The position numbers were made by a program, and so were the translations under genes. The notes below the pieces were generated by a model that was not told the DNA's origin, did not search any database, and saw nothing but the letters and a program-made list of their open reading frames with translations. DNA of 63,997 nucleotides, filler included, from an uncultured bacterium (GTDB taxonomy: Bacteria > CAYJOG01), in the NCBI GenBank assembly GCA_964371695.1. It is 7 parts of 7 records of this genome, joined end to end, with 100 filler letters (N's around TTAATTAATTAA, not from the genome) between each part and the next. Parts side by side here need not be neighbours in the genome. Positions count along the whole stretch, not along the records: positions 39,320 to 48,865 come from CAYJOG010000070.1; positions 48,966 to 58,468 come from CAYJOG010000071.1; 5 more parts are not named here. One strand, 5' to 3'. Below, in pieces: positions 45,231 to 55,638 of this stretch; the stretch's first letter is position 1, and each line of letters opens with the position of its first letter.

Positions 45231-46919
45231 TCACATCCCCTTTTCGTTGAAGCGCGATGTGGTGGCGCCTTCGCAGGCGGGGCGCACGAGGTCCATGTAT
45301 TTGCCCAGTGCGCCGTGATGCCACGGGTTTTCGCGGGGCTTCCAGTCGGCAAGGCGGGTTTTGATTTCCTCGTCGGAAAGTTCCACGCGGATGAGTCCTT
45401 TGTCGGCGTCCAGTTCAATCACGTCACCATCTTTGAGCGCGGCGATGGGGCCGCCCGCGGCGGCCTCTGGCCCCACGTGGCCCACCATCAGGCCTCGCGT
45501 GGCCCCGCTGAAACGCCCGTCGGTGACCATGGCCACGTCATAACCCAGACCCTGACCCATGATGGCCGCCGTGGTGGAGAGCATCTCCGGCATGCCGGGG
45601 CTGCCCTTGGGGCCTTCGTAGCGAATTACCACCACGTCGCCCGCCTTGATGCGGCACGCCTGCACCGCTTCAAAAGCGGCCAACTCGCCGTCGAACACCC
45701 GCGCCGGGCCTTTGTGTGCGCGTTTGCTGGAGCCGGCCACCTTCACCACGCAGCCCTCCGGGGCCAGGTTGCCCCGCAGCACCGCCATGCCGCCGGTGGG
45801 GTGCAGGGGGTTGTCCAGGGGGCGCATGACTTCGGTGTCGCCGCTGTCGGTCACGTTTTTCAGCGCCTCGGCCAGTGTGATGCCCTCTACGGTCATGCAG
45901 TCTCCGTGCAGCAACCCCGCGCCCATCAGGCGTTTCATGAGCACCTGCAGGCCACCGGCATCGTGCATGTCGGTCATCACAAACCGTCCGCCGGGTTTGA
46001 GGTCGCCCAGCGTGGGGGTGCGGGCGCTCACGGCGGCAATGTCATCGAGCGTGAATTTGAAACCCAGTTCGTTGGCCAGGGCGGGCAGGTGCAGACAAAG
46101 GTTGGTGCTGCCCCCCAGGCACACCGCCACGGCGGCGGCGTTTTCAAAAGACTTGCGGGTGAGAATGTCGCGGGGGCGCAGGTTGATTTCCAGCAGCTTC
46201 ATCACCTGCCGCCCGGCGCGGTGGGCGATCTGCTCGCGCTCGGCGCTCACGGCGGCGGGCGTGGCTGCGTCAATGAACGTCATGCCCAGGGCCACGGCGG
46301 CGCTGGACATCGTATTGGCGGTGAACATGCCGCCGCAACTGCCCGCGCCGGGGCAGGCCTTGCGTTCGATTTCGTCCAGGTCGCCGCCGCTCATTTTGCC
46401 TGCGGCGTGTGCCCCCACGGCTTCATACACCTCCTGCACCGTCACTTTGTGGCCCTTGAAAATGCCGGGCAGGATGGTGCCGCCATAGACAAACACGCCG
46501 GGCAGGTTCAGTCGCGCCAGCGCCATCAACATGCCGGGCAGGGACTTGTCGCAACCCGCCAGACCAATCACAGCGTCATAACAATGGCCGCGCACCATCA
46601 ACTCCACGCTGTCGGCGATCACGTCGCGGCTGATGAGGCTGGCCTTCATGCCCGCGTGCCCCATGGCAATGCCGTCGCTCACGGCGATGGTGTCAAAGCG
46701 GCGGGGCGTGCCCCCGGCCTCGGCCACCCCCTGGGCGCAGATGTCCCCCAGGTGGCGCAGAGAAAGGTTGCAGGGCGTCGCTTCGTTCCAACTGCTGGCC
46801 ACGCCTACAAAGGGCTGGCTCAGCTCTTTGTCGCCCAGGCCCATGGAGCGCAGAAAAGCGCGGTGGGGGGCGCGGTCGGGGCCGAGGGTGATTTCGTGAC
46901 TGGGCAGCCGGTGGGGCAT
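45231..46919 (-). CDS. ilvD: Dihydroxy-acid dehydratase
   Basis: [55 protein letters not shown]. Confidence 0.97.
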   Translation of the reverse strand: MPHRLPSHEITLGPDRAPHRAFLRSMGLGDKELSQPFVGVASSWNEATPCNLSLRHLGDICAQGVAEAGGTPRRFDTIAVSDGIAMGHAGMKASLISRDVIADSVELMVRGHCYDAVIGLAGCDKSLPGMLMALARLNLPGVFVYGGTILPGIFKGHKVTVQEVYEAVGAHAAGKMSGGDLDEIERKACPGAGSCGGMFTANTMSSAAVALGMTFIDAATPAAVSAEREQIAHRAGRQVMKLLEINLRPRDILTRKSFENAAAVAVCLGGSTNLCLHLPALANELGFKFTLDDIAAVSARTPTLGDLKPGGRFVMTDMHDAGGLQVLMKRLMGAGLLHGDCMTVEGITLAEALKNVTDSGDTEVMRPLDNPLHPTGGMAVLRGNLAPEGCVVKVAGSSKRAHKGPARVFDGELAAFEAVQACRIKAGDVVVIRYEGPKGSPGMPEMLSTTAAIMGQGLGYDVAMVTDGRFSGATRGLMVGHVGPEAAAGGPIAALKDGDVIELDADKGLIRVELSDEEIKTRLADWKPRENPWHHGALGKYMDLVRPACEGATTSRFNEKGM

Positions 46920-47180
46920 GGCGGGAACCTCCTTGAATTTCAGGGGGCCGATTGTAGCGCCATGGCAAACGGCCCGGTGGATTTCAAAAAAATCCCTGCC
47001 GGGCGGCATGGCTGTTGACTTGAGGCAAAAACCCCTGACTTCCAGCCCATTTTTTGGAGTAGGCGCGGTGTCCACACCGCGCACAAACCATAAGAAAATC
47101 AAGGGTTTTTGCCTTTTACGGAGGTGGGGACACCGCCGCTACTCCGTAAGGTTTACAGCTATGCTGCCGGGAGGCGGCGC

Positions 47181-48287
47181 TTATTGCCCCTGTGCTGCGG
47201 CCAGTGTGGTGAGGGGCGTGGCTTGGGGGGCCGGTGTGGCGGCAGAAAGCGCATTCACGGTTTCGGCGGGCAGGTCCGCGCTGGCGCTGGGTTCGCCGGG
47301 GCTGGGGGACTGGCTGGTGGCCGCCGGTTTTTTGTTGCCGTATTTGGTGAAATAGGAGAGGCCGAAATAAACCTCGCCGCTGTCGGTGCCCAGCAGGTCC
47401 GCCAGTCCGGCAAAGGCCTCCAGTCGCTCAGAGGGTTTATAACGCACACCAAAGGCGGTTTCGTCTTCGCCGCCAATTTCACCCTTGGGTTTTTGCCAGT
47501 ATTCGCCCTGAATCACAAAGTCCTCGGCCATTTCATATTGCACACCCAGGCCATATTGATGCCGCTTGCCGGTGCCGTCGGGCGTGCCGTCGGATTTGCT
47601 GTCTGTTTTCTGCGCCCGGTAACCCAGCGACCATTCGCCTTTTTCGGTCACCTGGCTCAGCACGCCATAAAAGTTGCGCACGCGGCTGGAGCCGGAGCCG
47701 GACCAGGGGTCCCACGAGCGGGAGGTGTAGGAGGACCCCGCCAGCGTGACAAAATATCCCCTGCGCCGACTGATGGCCTGGCTGAACTTGAAGCCGAACA
47801 GGTTGTCGTCGCCCGTGTCGATAGAGGGGTTGCTGCGAGTGCCGTCGGTGTAACCCAGCTCGGCGTCGAAGGAGTCCTGGTGTTTGCCAAAACTCACCTC
47901 GGCCCGGTTGCCCACCCGCACGGTGAGAATGGGCTGCACCACGTCCAGCGTGTGGTTGAGGCGGTTGACCACCTTGCCGCCGGGGGCCGAGGCCGAAAGG
48001 GTCACGACTTCCTGAATGGGGGTGTAACGCACGATGGCGATGCGGGCGCTGCCTTCTTCGATGCGGCTGGCGGTGGGCATGATGAGCAGGCCTGAGAGGC
48101 CGTCTACGGTCACGCCGGTGAAGTGGGGCAGGGACTCCGCCCGGCCATCCACCGAGAGCACATCCTGCACGGCCACTTCATCGGCGCGGGCTGCGGGCGC
48201 TAGCCCGCCCGCCAGCACCAGCGCAGCCAGGGCGCAGGCCCCCATCCGGGGGCGGTTTGTGCGGCAGCGGCGGGGCGAAATGGTCAT
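47181..48287 (-). CDS. Secreted, probable outer-membrane beta-barrel protein (YjbH-like N-terminal motif)
   Basis: Signal peptide ..APAARA, GLSGLLIMPTA, alternating aromatic strands. Start uncertain (48245 or 48287). Confidence 0.55.
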   Translation of the reverse strand: MTISPRRCRTNRPRMGACALAALVLAGGLAPAARADEVAVQDVLSVDGRAESLPHFTGVTVDGLSGLLIMPTASRIEEGSARIAIVRYTPIQEVVTLSASAPGGKVVNRLNHTLDVVQPILTVRVGNRAEVSFGKHQDSFDAELGYTDGTRSNPSIDTGDDNLFGFKFSQAISRRRGYFVTLAGSSYTSRSWDPWSGSGSSRVRNFYGVLSQVTEKGEWSLGYRAQKTDSKSDGTPDGTGKRHQYGLGVQYEMAEDFVIQGEYWQKPKGEIGGEDETAFGVRYKPSERLEAFAGLADLLGTDSGEVYFGLSYFTKYGNKKPAATSQSPSPGEPSASADLPAETVNALSAATPAPQATPLTTLAAAQGQ

Positions 48288-48340
48288 GGGGTGCTTGGTG
48301 AAAAAGACGGCGAGAGAGCGGTAACAGTATAGTGGCGCAC

Positions 48341-48676
48341 ATGCCCCAGGCAACGCCGCCCCTGATTCTGGTGTATGTCACGGCGCCCGACGCCGCCACG
48401 GCCGATGACCTGGCCAGGCAACTGGTGCAGGCGCGCCTCGCGGCTTGTGTGAACCGTCACGGCCCCATCCGCAGCGTGTATTGGTGGGAGGGCGCGGTGC
48501 AGGACGACGAGGAATATGTGTTGCTCATCAAGACCCGGCCGGACCTGTATGAAAAGGTGCGGGATTTTGTGCTGGTCAACCATCCCTATCAGACACCCCC
48601 GGTGCTGCGTCTGGACGTGACAGCGGCCAACGCGGGTTTTGTGGCGTGGCTGAACGACAGCCTGGCTGGTGAGTAA
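48341..48676 (+). CDS. cutA: Divalent cation tolerance protein CutA
   Basis: VYVTAPD, RLAACVN, SVYWWEG, E..LLIKT, HPY..P. Confidence 0.93.
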   Translation: MPQATPPLILVYVTAPDAATADDLARQLVQARLAACVNRHGPIRSVYWWEGAVQDDEEYVLLIKTRPDLYEKVRDFVLVNHPYQTPPVLRLDVTAANAGFVAWLNDSLAGE

Positions 48677-48712
48677 CCGATGGGCCATCGTTGGGTAGCT
48701 TGTACATGTCGC

Positions 48713-48810
48713 CGTCATTCCCGCGAAAGCGGGAGGCTGGAAGTTGGAGGCTGGAGGAAGAAAAGCCCATGGCTTCTCCCGGCGTCATTCCCGCGAAAGC
48801 GGGAATCCAG
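48713..48810. repeat. Two GTCATTCCCGCGAAAGCGGGA hairpin repeats
   Basis: Direct copies at 48713 and 48783; a widespread ATTCCC-N-GGGAAT palindromic repeat type. Confidence 0.75.
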
Positions 48811-48965
48811 TTGAAACAAAAACATCACGCCTTGTTCTGCTTTCTTTTTCAGTGCTCCTTACAGTNNNNNNNNNNNNNNNNNNNNNNNNNNNNNNNNNNN
48901 NNNNNNNNNTTAATTAATTAANNNNNNNNNNNNNNNNNNNNNNNNNNNNNNNNNNNNNNNNNNNN

Positions 48966-49246
48966 GGCCCGTGGTGGTGGATGGTTTCATCAGCCAGAGC
49001 GCGGCGTTGTGGGCCATTACGTTGAAACCGCAGTTGCGCCCCTGGCTGTTTTTCAGCCACCAGAGCAACGAACAGGGGGGGGCCAAAATGCTGGCCCTGT
49101 TGGGGGAGCGTCCCTATCTGGACATGGACATGCGCCTGGGCGAAGGCACGGGGGCGCTGTTGCTGACCCAACTGATGCAAAGCGCCTGCGCGGTTTATCA
49201 CGAAATGGCCACCTTCGCCTCGGCATCGGTCAGCGGTCCGGCGTGA
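48966..49246 (+). CDS. cobT: Nicotinate-nucleotide--dimethylbenzimidazole phosphoribosyltransferase, C-terminal part
   Basis: VVDGFIS..AAL, FSHQSNEQG, LDMDMRLGEGTGA, EMATF. Confidence 0.92.
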
Positions 49247-49741
49247 GATGCAGAGGAGTCGGTGCCATCAGGTCAGAAACGGACCCGCAATCAGACAAAA
49301 ATGCGAGTGATTCGTTACTATTGAGTTCGGAAACAAGGTTGCACCGAGATTGAATTGTGTTGGAATTGTTTTTGAATTGGGGTGCGGTAGCACCCCCGCC
49401 TCGGAGGCAAACAAAGTTTGCCGACCGCCACCGCAGGTGGCCCAGCACGCATATGGAAGAAATCATCCTTTCCTCTCAAAAAACCGGGCCGCTTCGCGGC
49501 GGTCGCAGCGCTTCGCACCGCTTCTTGGCAATGGCGGGCCAGGCCCGCCGCTTTTTTTAATCAACGAATTAGGCCTTAATCCATTTTCAATTCCCAAGCC
49601 ACCCTCTTGCGTGATAATGTTTTTGAACTCCGTGGCGCTCAATGTTCAATAACTACTATGTTGGTGGCATAATTGATCGGAAATTGCGGAATTATTTTAT
49701 TCAAATTTTAGCGGCGTATTTTTTGAATCGCAAAATCTGAG

Positions 49742-50719
49742 CTACAACTTTTCCCAGATGTGTCCAGGTTTAATTATCAATTGTACATTTGATTCAATGT
49801 CATCCTGAAAGATGTTCCACAACTCTTTTCCGATTCGTCGTGCACAAAAAGCTCCAGCCATGCATAGGAAACCTTCCAGAACACCGGATAAATCCGAATA
49901 GAAATCGATTAGACTTAACTCTATGTGATTTCCATAACTGATGAACAGTGCTTCACGATAGTTGGCTTTGCCACGGTAGCGGTAAGCTTGGTGAACAAAT
50001 CCAAAGCACTTGTCTGCGAGGCGAGCGTCGCGAATCTGCTGTGCCTTCTTGGTTCGGAAGTTGATGAGCTTATTTTCGCGTTTGACATCTTGCTCTATAT
50101 GCTCGCGGCGCCAATTCGCGGAACCTTGAAGGTAAGTGATGCAGGCTCCGATAGCCTCGTTGGGATTTTTGGGCTGGTTTTTTAAATCAAAAAGGTTAGT
50201 CTCTCTAAGACATTTTATCTGTTCCTCAACGTCTTTTTTTACCAGCGTAGTCAATCGGTAGCTGAATGGGGTAGGCACCAAATTGCGCGCACTGAACTGG
50301 GAATCCCAGCTATTAGCTGTCCCGGCGTGGTTGTTTTGAAATGAACCGACCTGAGCGGCAATCATGGCGCTTGCCGCATGAAATATCCCATAATACCACG
50401 TCACAATGGCTGATCTTGCGGTGTCTATTCTCTTCGACAATAATCCCATCGCTTTCAACGAGGCAAGATGATGCAGAGACATCAGCAACTGCTCGAAGGA
50501 AGTATTGATTTCCTGATCGGATCGATTTCCATTATCTATAGAAGCGTAAAGAGTTTTCATAGAACTCGCATCGATCTTCTCTTCATTGACCAATATCGCC
50601 AATGCATGCATCCAGTGCAGTGTTCCCGGAAGGGAGTACTCAGGATCGGGAATGCCCTTCGGATCTGAAAGTGTGCCCTGATTCATGAATCGGTGATACA
50701 AGAAGCGATTTTCGGTCAT
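49742..50719 (-). CDS. AT-rich hypothetical protein with HEPN-like motifs
   Basis: SAIVTWYYGIFHAASAMI and YRYRGKANY; composition unlike the host genes. Start uncertain (50764, 50719 or later). Confidence 0.65.
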   Translation of the reverse strand: MTENRFLYHRFMNQGTLSDPKGIPDPEYSLPGTLHWMHALAILVNEEKIDASSMKTLYASIDNGNRSDQEINTSFEQLLMSLHHLASLKAMGLLSKRIDTARSAIVTWYYGIFHAASAMIAAQVGSFQNNHAGTANSWDSQFSARNLVPTPFSYRLTTLVKKDVEEQIKCLRETNLFDLKNQPKNPNEAIGACITYLQGSANWRREHIEQDVKRENKLINFRTKKAQQIRDARLADKCFGFVHQAYRYRGKANYREALFISYGNHIELSLIDFYSDLSGVLEGFLCMAGAFCARRIGKELWNIFQDDIESNVQLIIKPGHIWEKL

Positions 50720-50932
50720 TGCTAAAAGCCTTTCTAGGAGCCTGTGTGATAGAAGGAATACCATCGGTTGGAGCGGCGAGGGGAGTCACGGCGAATCTTG
50801 TTGGGCGACAATGAGACAAAAAGAGGATTGAAATCAGTGTAAGTCTGGTCAGGCCAGAGGTGAAGGCTGAGGGCCACCTTCGCCTCGGCGTCGGTCAGCG
50901 GCCCGGCGTGAGGTTCGCAGTATGATGACCCC

Positions 50933-51709
50933 ATGATGGGTTTCTGGTCTGCCCTGGCGTTTTTAAGCCGCCTGCCGGTGCCCGAAGAGGCGCATCTGGC
51001 CCCCATAGACCAACCCCGCGTGGCCGGATGGTTTGGCGCGGCGGGCTTGGCGCTGGGGTTGCTCACGGCCCTGGTGGCCGAGGCCGCCATGATGCTGCTT
51101 GGCCCCTGGGTGGGGGCGGGTGTGGCCGTGGCGGCGGGGGTGCTGATGACCGGCGCACTGCACGAAGACGCCCTCGCCGACGTGTGCGACGCCTTTTTCG
51201 CCACACGCGACCGCGAAAAAATGCTGGCCATCATGAAAGACAGCCGCATCGGCACTTATGGCGGCTGCGCGCTGATTCTGTCGCTGGGGGTGAAAACCGC
51301 CTGCCTGGCCCAACTGGGCGCGCTGCCGCAGCCGGGCCTGCTGGCGGGCAGCATTGTGGCGTCGTGGGGTCTCAGCCGCGCCTGGGGGGTGTGGCTGATG
51401 GGGGCGCTCAAACCCATTCAGAGCCAGGTGAGCCTGGGGCGGGTCTATGCCGCCACCCTCACACCGGCCCGCGTGGCGGCGGCGCTCTTCACCGCGCTGG
51501 TGGGCGGGGGCCTCTTCATGGTGATTTTCAGCGGTCAACTGGGGCCGTTGTGGCTGGTGGGGGCGGGGGGATTTTTCACCGTGCTGCTGCTGCGAAGCTG
51601 GTTTTATTTCCGCCTGAAGGGTTTTACGGGCGACTGCATTGGCGCGGCGGTGAACCTGAGTGAAATCGCGGGCCTGCTGGCGGTGCTGGGGGTTTACGGA
51701 TTTTTGTGA
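50933..51709 (+). CDS. cobS: Adenosylcobinamide-GDP ribazoletransferase (cobalamin synthase)
   Basis: FLSRLP, TGALHEDALAD..D, IMKDSRIGTYG, GFTGDCIGA. Confidence 0.96.
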   Translation: MMGFWSALAFLSRLPVPEEAHLAPIDQPRVAGWFGAAGLALGLLTALVAEAAMMLLGPWVGAGVAVAAGVLMTGALHEDALADVCDAFFATRDREKMLAIMKDSRIGTYGGCALILSLGVKTACLAQLGALPQPGLLAGSIVASWGLSRAWGVWLMGALKPIQSQVSLGRVYAATLTPARVAAALFTALVGGGLFMVIFSGQLGPLWLVGAGGFFTVLLLRSWFYFRLKGFTGDCIGAAVNLSEIAGLLAVLGVYGFL

Positions 51710-52043
51710 GGGCGGCCTTGGGGCTGCTTATGGCGGTCCATTCTTTTAGGATGAGTTGCTCCCTCGGCGCAGAGGCAGAAAAAGCCACCGCTGGCCAGTG
51801 GGGCGGGCCAAGGGTCGTCGATTTACTGACAAAAACAGAGTGTTTCTAATGGCAGAACACCCTTTGCGCCATGTTTCGACCAGTTTAATTTCGTGTGACA
51901 TTTTTGTTGCTTATAGCTAAACGGGCGACAATTTCTAGACAAAATTTTTTGAAAATTTGGCAAATTCAGACTTTCAGCGACCGATAATATGCTTTAGCGT
52001 GAGACAATGAAGTATCACTCCAGGAACAATTTTTCGTGAAAGA

Positions 52044-52071
52044 TTGCACAAACCAGAATTTTTGCTAGAAT
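52044..52071 (+). promoter_or_regulatory. Putative sigma70 promoter
   Basis: TTGCAC-N16-TAGAAT with an extended -10 TG, in an AT-rich stretch. Confidence 0.45.
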
Positions 52072-52076
52072 AGGGG

Positions 52077-52245
52077 AACAAACATCAACGGGAATGGACC
52101 TCGACAGGAGCCGGACCCGCCGACAGGAGAACAGCCAGACCAACTTTCATCCGACATCACGATCCGACGGGCCTCCCCGCCCGCATCGGTTAGGGCAGTC
52201 CCACAGCCCGCTCAAAAAAACCTGACCGCCCGGTCAGGTTTTTTT
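52077..52245 (+). ncRNA. Candidate small RNA rich in GGA motifs
   Basis: Lies between the putative promoter and a terminator; five GGA motifs at about 52091-52129, including two GACAGGAG; no convincing ORF. Confidence 0.3.
52214..52245. terminator. Bidirectional rho-independent terminator
   Basis: A7-CCTGACC-GCCC-GGTCAGG-T7. Confidence 0.88.
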
Positions 52246-52403
52246 ATGCCTGCGGATTGTGGAAAACCGGTAATCCTGTCCCTAACGAAAAGTCCGTCCG
52301 AGCGCACCCAGACCGAAAGCCGAATCATGAAAATGAGCTGGTAACGATGTACCGTTTCCCAGGTTAATGATTTGGCATGCCCCGGTGAACTTCTGGAATC
52401 CCC

Positions 52404-54131
52404 CTAAAACCCCGCCAGATTAGGCTCGATGAAGTCGATGCGCAAGGTGGCGACTTCCTTGGCCGAATAGGGTTTCTGCAGGCGTTCCTGAAGATGCTCG
52501 GCGAGGGCGTCGCTGTCGTCCTTCAATGCCTCCATGGCCTTTTTGTACCAAGTTACGGCCCGGCTGTGGTCGCCTTCCAGGTCATAGGCGTAACCGGCCA
52601 TGGTCATGGCCAGGGCGCGGGCGTGGGGGCGGCGCTGAAGGGGCAGGGCGCTCAGGGCAAACTGCCGCAGCGGCTCAGCCTCGGCCAATCGCAGGCTCAG
52701 CATGGCCGCCAGCAGGGGATAGGCCGGTTCGCCAGGGCACTGCTGGTGGGCCTGGGCGCAGAAGTCCCGCGCCATGCCCGGCTGGTTGTGGTGGATGTAG
52801 GACATGTAGGCTTTTTTGAACAAGTCCACCGAGGCGCGGGCCTCTGGCGTGAGGGTGTCGGGGGCCAGACCCCGCAGGGTTTTCAGTGGGGCGTCCGGGT
52901 TTTTCAGGTGATCGTGCAGATTGAAGCCCACATAGTCGCTATCCATGGCGGGGGCCTCGCCGTTGCTGACATAGGCCTCTGCCAGCGTCACGTTGGCCAC
53001 CACCGACTGCACGTTCAGCGGGCAGGCCACGATGTGACCCACGGGCCGGGGGCCGTGCTCGGGGTCGGTGCGGTCGCGCATCAGGTTGGCCAGATCAGCC
53101 AGGGTGGCGCTGTTTGTGTTGTCCACCAAGTCATTCAGGCGGTCCAGGCGGGTCTGAGAATTGTCCCGCGTGTGTTTGGGGCCTTCGGCCTGAAAAGGCG
53201 CCATTTCCTCGGTCTGGTAATGGTTGGTCTGCACCAGTCGGCCCCCATGCAGCCAGCGGGTGTGGTGGTGGTGGGCGGAATATTCCACCACGCAGGATTC
53301 GCCTGTTTTGCCGTCTGAAATATGCAGGTTGAAACCACTGGCGCGGGGCTGGGCGCGGAGAATCTCGATGGCCTCTAATATGGAGGACGCCTCGGAGAGG
53401 ATGCGTGTGTGCAGGGCGTGAAAGGCCAGGCCGTTGGGGCGCACGTCCCAGGTGCCAGAGGTGTTGCAGCCTACAAACAGATGGGCTTCGTTCATGCCCG
53501 TGAGGCCGCTGGTGAATGCCCCGGCGGTGGTGAAACTCACGTGGGCCAACTGGTCTTTGGGTTGGTTGAAGGACACCACGCGGTGGGTGTCCCAGGTGCC
53601 CAGGCAGTCATAGTCCAGGTTGCGGCCATGCAGCAGATGCCCCTTGCGGGTGTTGGGCGCGCCCAGCATCACGGCGGTGCAGGCGGGGGTCTGCACCGAC
53701 AGGCCGGTCATGCCACGCAGGGCGCGGTTGCGGCTTTCGCCAATCAATGCCCCCAGAATGCTGGCGGCGTCGGGCACCGACAGGGCGCGGGCGGCTTCGC
53801 GCTCGGTAAAGCCGGTGACCTGCGCCAATCGGCTGACGGCCCGGCGTTGTTCTTCGGGCAGGGCGTTGGCGATGGGGGCGGCCAGGCCGCGCTCCACCAC
53901 CAGAGCGGCGAGGCGTTTGAATCCACTGCTGGTGGCCCCCAGGGGGCCGTGGTGCAGGTGGCGTTCGATGAAGCCTTCAAAAAACGGAATAAGTCCCCGG
54001 CGGATTTGAGGCAGCAGCAGTTTGCCGTGGGCCTCGGCCATGTCCTCCCAACTGCCCTTGAGGTAGAGCAGGTGCAGGCCGGCCTCGTGACGGTGTAAAC
54101 CGTGGGTGGATTCATGAAGATTTGCGCTCAT
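52404..54131 (-). CDS. C45 family Ntn-hydrolase/acyltransferase with C-terminal TPR-like helices
   Basis: PA/CTAV cleavage nucleophile, HGRNLDY, GMNEA.L, QTNHY, S..RL.RL. Confidence 0.82.
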   Translation of the reverse strand: MSANLHESTHGLHRHEAGLHLLYLKGSWEDMAEAHGKLLLPQIRRGLIPFFEGFIERHLHHGPLGATSSGFKRLAALVVERGLAAPIANALPEEQRRAVSRLAQVTGFTEREAARALSVPDAASILGALIGESRNRALRGMTGLSVQTPACTAVMLGAPNTRKGHLLHGRNLDYDCLGTWDTHRVVSFNQPKDQLAHVSFTTAGAFTSGLTGMNEAHLFVGCNTSGTWDVRPNGLAFHALHTRILSEASSILEAIEILRAQPRASGFNLHISDGKTGESCVVEYSAHHHHTRWLHGGRLVQTNHYQTEEMAPFQAEGPKHTRDNSQTRLDRLNDLVDNTNSATLADLANLMRDRTDPEHGPRPVGHIVACPLNVQSVVANVTLAEAYVSNGEAPAMDSDYVGFNLHDHLKNPDAPLKTLRGLAPDTLTPEARASVDLFKKAYMSYIHHNQPGMARDFCAQAHQQCPGEPAYPLLAAMLSLRLAEAEPLRQFALSALPLQRRPHARALAMTMAGYAYDLEGDHSRAVTWYKKAMEALKDDSDALAEHLQERLQKPYSAKEVATLRIDFIEPNLAGF

Positions 54132-54587
54132 GTTTGGAGTCTAACACAAAATGACTGTCGCGTCATTCAAATCAAGTGATACCAATTTCCAGGTCAAGAT
54201 GTCAGGAAAACGCCGGACGGAGTGACTGGCAGAAAACCGGGATGAAGCCAGAAAAGGATGAGAGGAATTGGTATGAATTCATGGATGAATTCGCTCGAAC
54301 ATCAAGGCCCGAAAAGGGCCGCCGATGTTCGCGGCGCAAGCGGGCTTTGCCTGCGCCGCGCCGGGCCGCAGCCGTTCAGGACGAACGGCAAGGCCAGATA
54401 AACGATTCCAATTCATGCTTTTTTGAATTGGAATCGGCGGGATGACAAAAAACTGACCGAAGGGCGGGGGAGGGGAAGCCAAAAGCATGATGGGAGAGGA
54501 TAAAAATTGGCCGCACAATCCGCCGTTCGCTTGACGCTTTTGGGGGTCTCGCTATACCTTGTGGTTACGGAAACAAGAGGAGGAACC

Positions 54588-54911
54588 ATGAGCAGCGTGA
54601 CCGCCGTGAACAAGGACAATTTTCAGACCGAAGTGCTGGACGCCAGCACACCGGTGCTGATCGATTTTTTCGCCACCTGGTGCGGTCCCTGCAAAATGCT
54701 TGCGCCCCTGGTGGACAAAGTGGCTCAGGAACAGACGGGCAAACTGAAAGTGGTGAAGCTGGACACGGACATCACACCGGAGATCGCCATGAACTACGGC
54801 ATCAGGGGCGTGCCCACCCTGATTTTGGTGAAAAACGGCCAGGAAGTGGCCCGCCACGTGGGCATGCTGGACTACGCCCGCCTCACGGCCATGATCGGCC
54901 CGCATTTATAA
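54588..54911 (+). CDS. trxA: Thioredoxin
   Basis: DFFATWCGPCK, GIRGVPTL; GAGGAGG RBS. Confidence 0.97.
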   Translation: MSSVTAVNKDNFQTEVLDASTPVLIDFFATWCGPCKMLAPLVDKVAQEQTGKLKVVKLDTDITPEIAMNYGIRGVPTLILVKNGQEVARHVGMLDYARLTAMIGPHL

Positions 54912-55149
54912 TCGACGACCGCAGTCTGGAACAAATTAACATCTGGCTTGGAACAGTTAACAAGAAGGGGTGCGGGAGCGCCTCTGCCGCAGAACGGGCC
55001 ACAAGGTCCGCGACCGCCGCTGCAGGCGGCCCGTGGAAAAGCCCCAAACAGTTGTTTCTTCTTGAAAAAAGCCTGGCCGCTTCGCGGGGTCGCAGCCGTT
55101 GGCTGCTCCATGGCGGGCGGTCTGCGCCCGGCCATTTATTTTTACCTGA

Positions 55150-55192
55150 GAGCTTGTTTATAAAGTCCGTCGTGGACTTTTAGAGCAAATTC
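55150..55192. mobile_element. Degenerate short copy of the MITE-like family
   Basis: GAGCTTGTTTATAAAGTCCGTCGTGGACTTTTAGAGCAAATTC is the reverse-orientation relative of 35-77. Confidence 0.55.
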
Positions 55193-55396
55193 ATATTTGA
55201 CGTAGACAAAGGGTGGTGCCAGCCATTGCCCTCTCCCTCAGGGAGAGGGCAGACCGTGACCGAACGCATGTGAGGTCACGGGCGGGTGAGGGGGAACAGG
55301 CTGGGCAGAAAGAATCAGACTTTTTTCAAAAGTTCTCATTCCCCCTCACCCGCCGCTGGTTTAGCTTCGCTCAACCTTCGGCTGCCCTCTCCCTCA

Positions 55397-55580
55397 GAGC
55401 CTGTTTGAAAATCAGGTCATGTGAAACAAGGTCTGATTTTGAAACAGGCTATTGCGGTCAGGATGACCGCATCCGAAAACCGAAACATTGAAAATGTTGA
55501 GGTTTTCGCCACGTCGAGGGGGCTTTGCCCCCGAAGGCGTTGGGTTTGAAAAGTCCACGACGGACTTTTCAAACAGGTTC
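55397..55580. mobile_element. 184-nt MITE-like element with TCA target duplication, nested in a palindromic repeat
   Basis: Ends GAGCCTGTTTGAAAA / TTTTCAAACAGGTTC; TCA at 55394-55396 and 55581-55583; intact empty-site hairpin at 55228-55250. Confidence 0.82.
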
Positions 55581-55638
55581 TCAGGGAGAGGGCAAGAAAA
55601 AAAGCTCTTATTGCATCCACGTCTACTCCGAAAGCGCT

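Noticed and set aside
49247-49560. Possible cobalamin riboswitch near cobT/cobS
   Set aside because: No convincing B12-box or conserved core was recognised; the hairpins resemble the repeat also seen at about 55070-55135.
55213-55620. Small ORFs whose translations resemble the N-terminus of the SLH protein
   Set aside because: The similarity comes from the shared MITE-like DNA element, not from a protein family.
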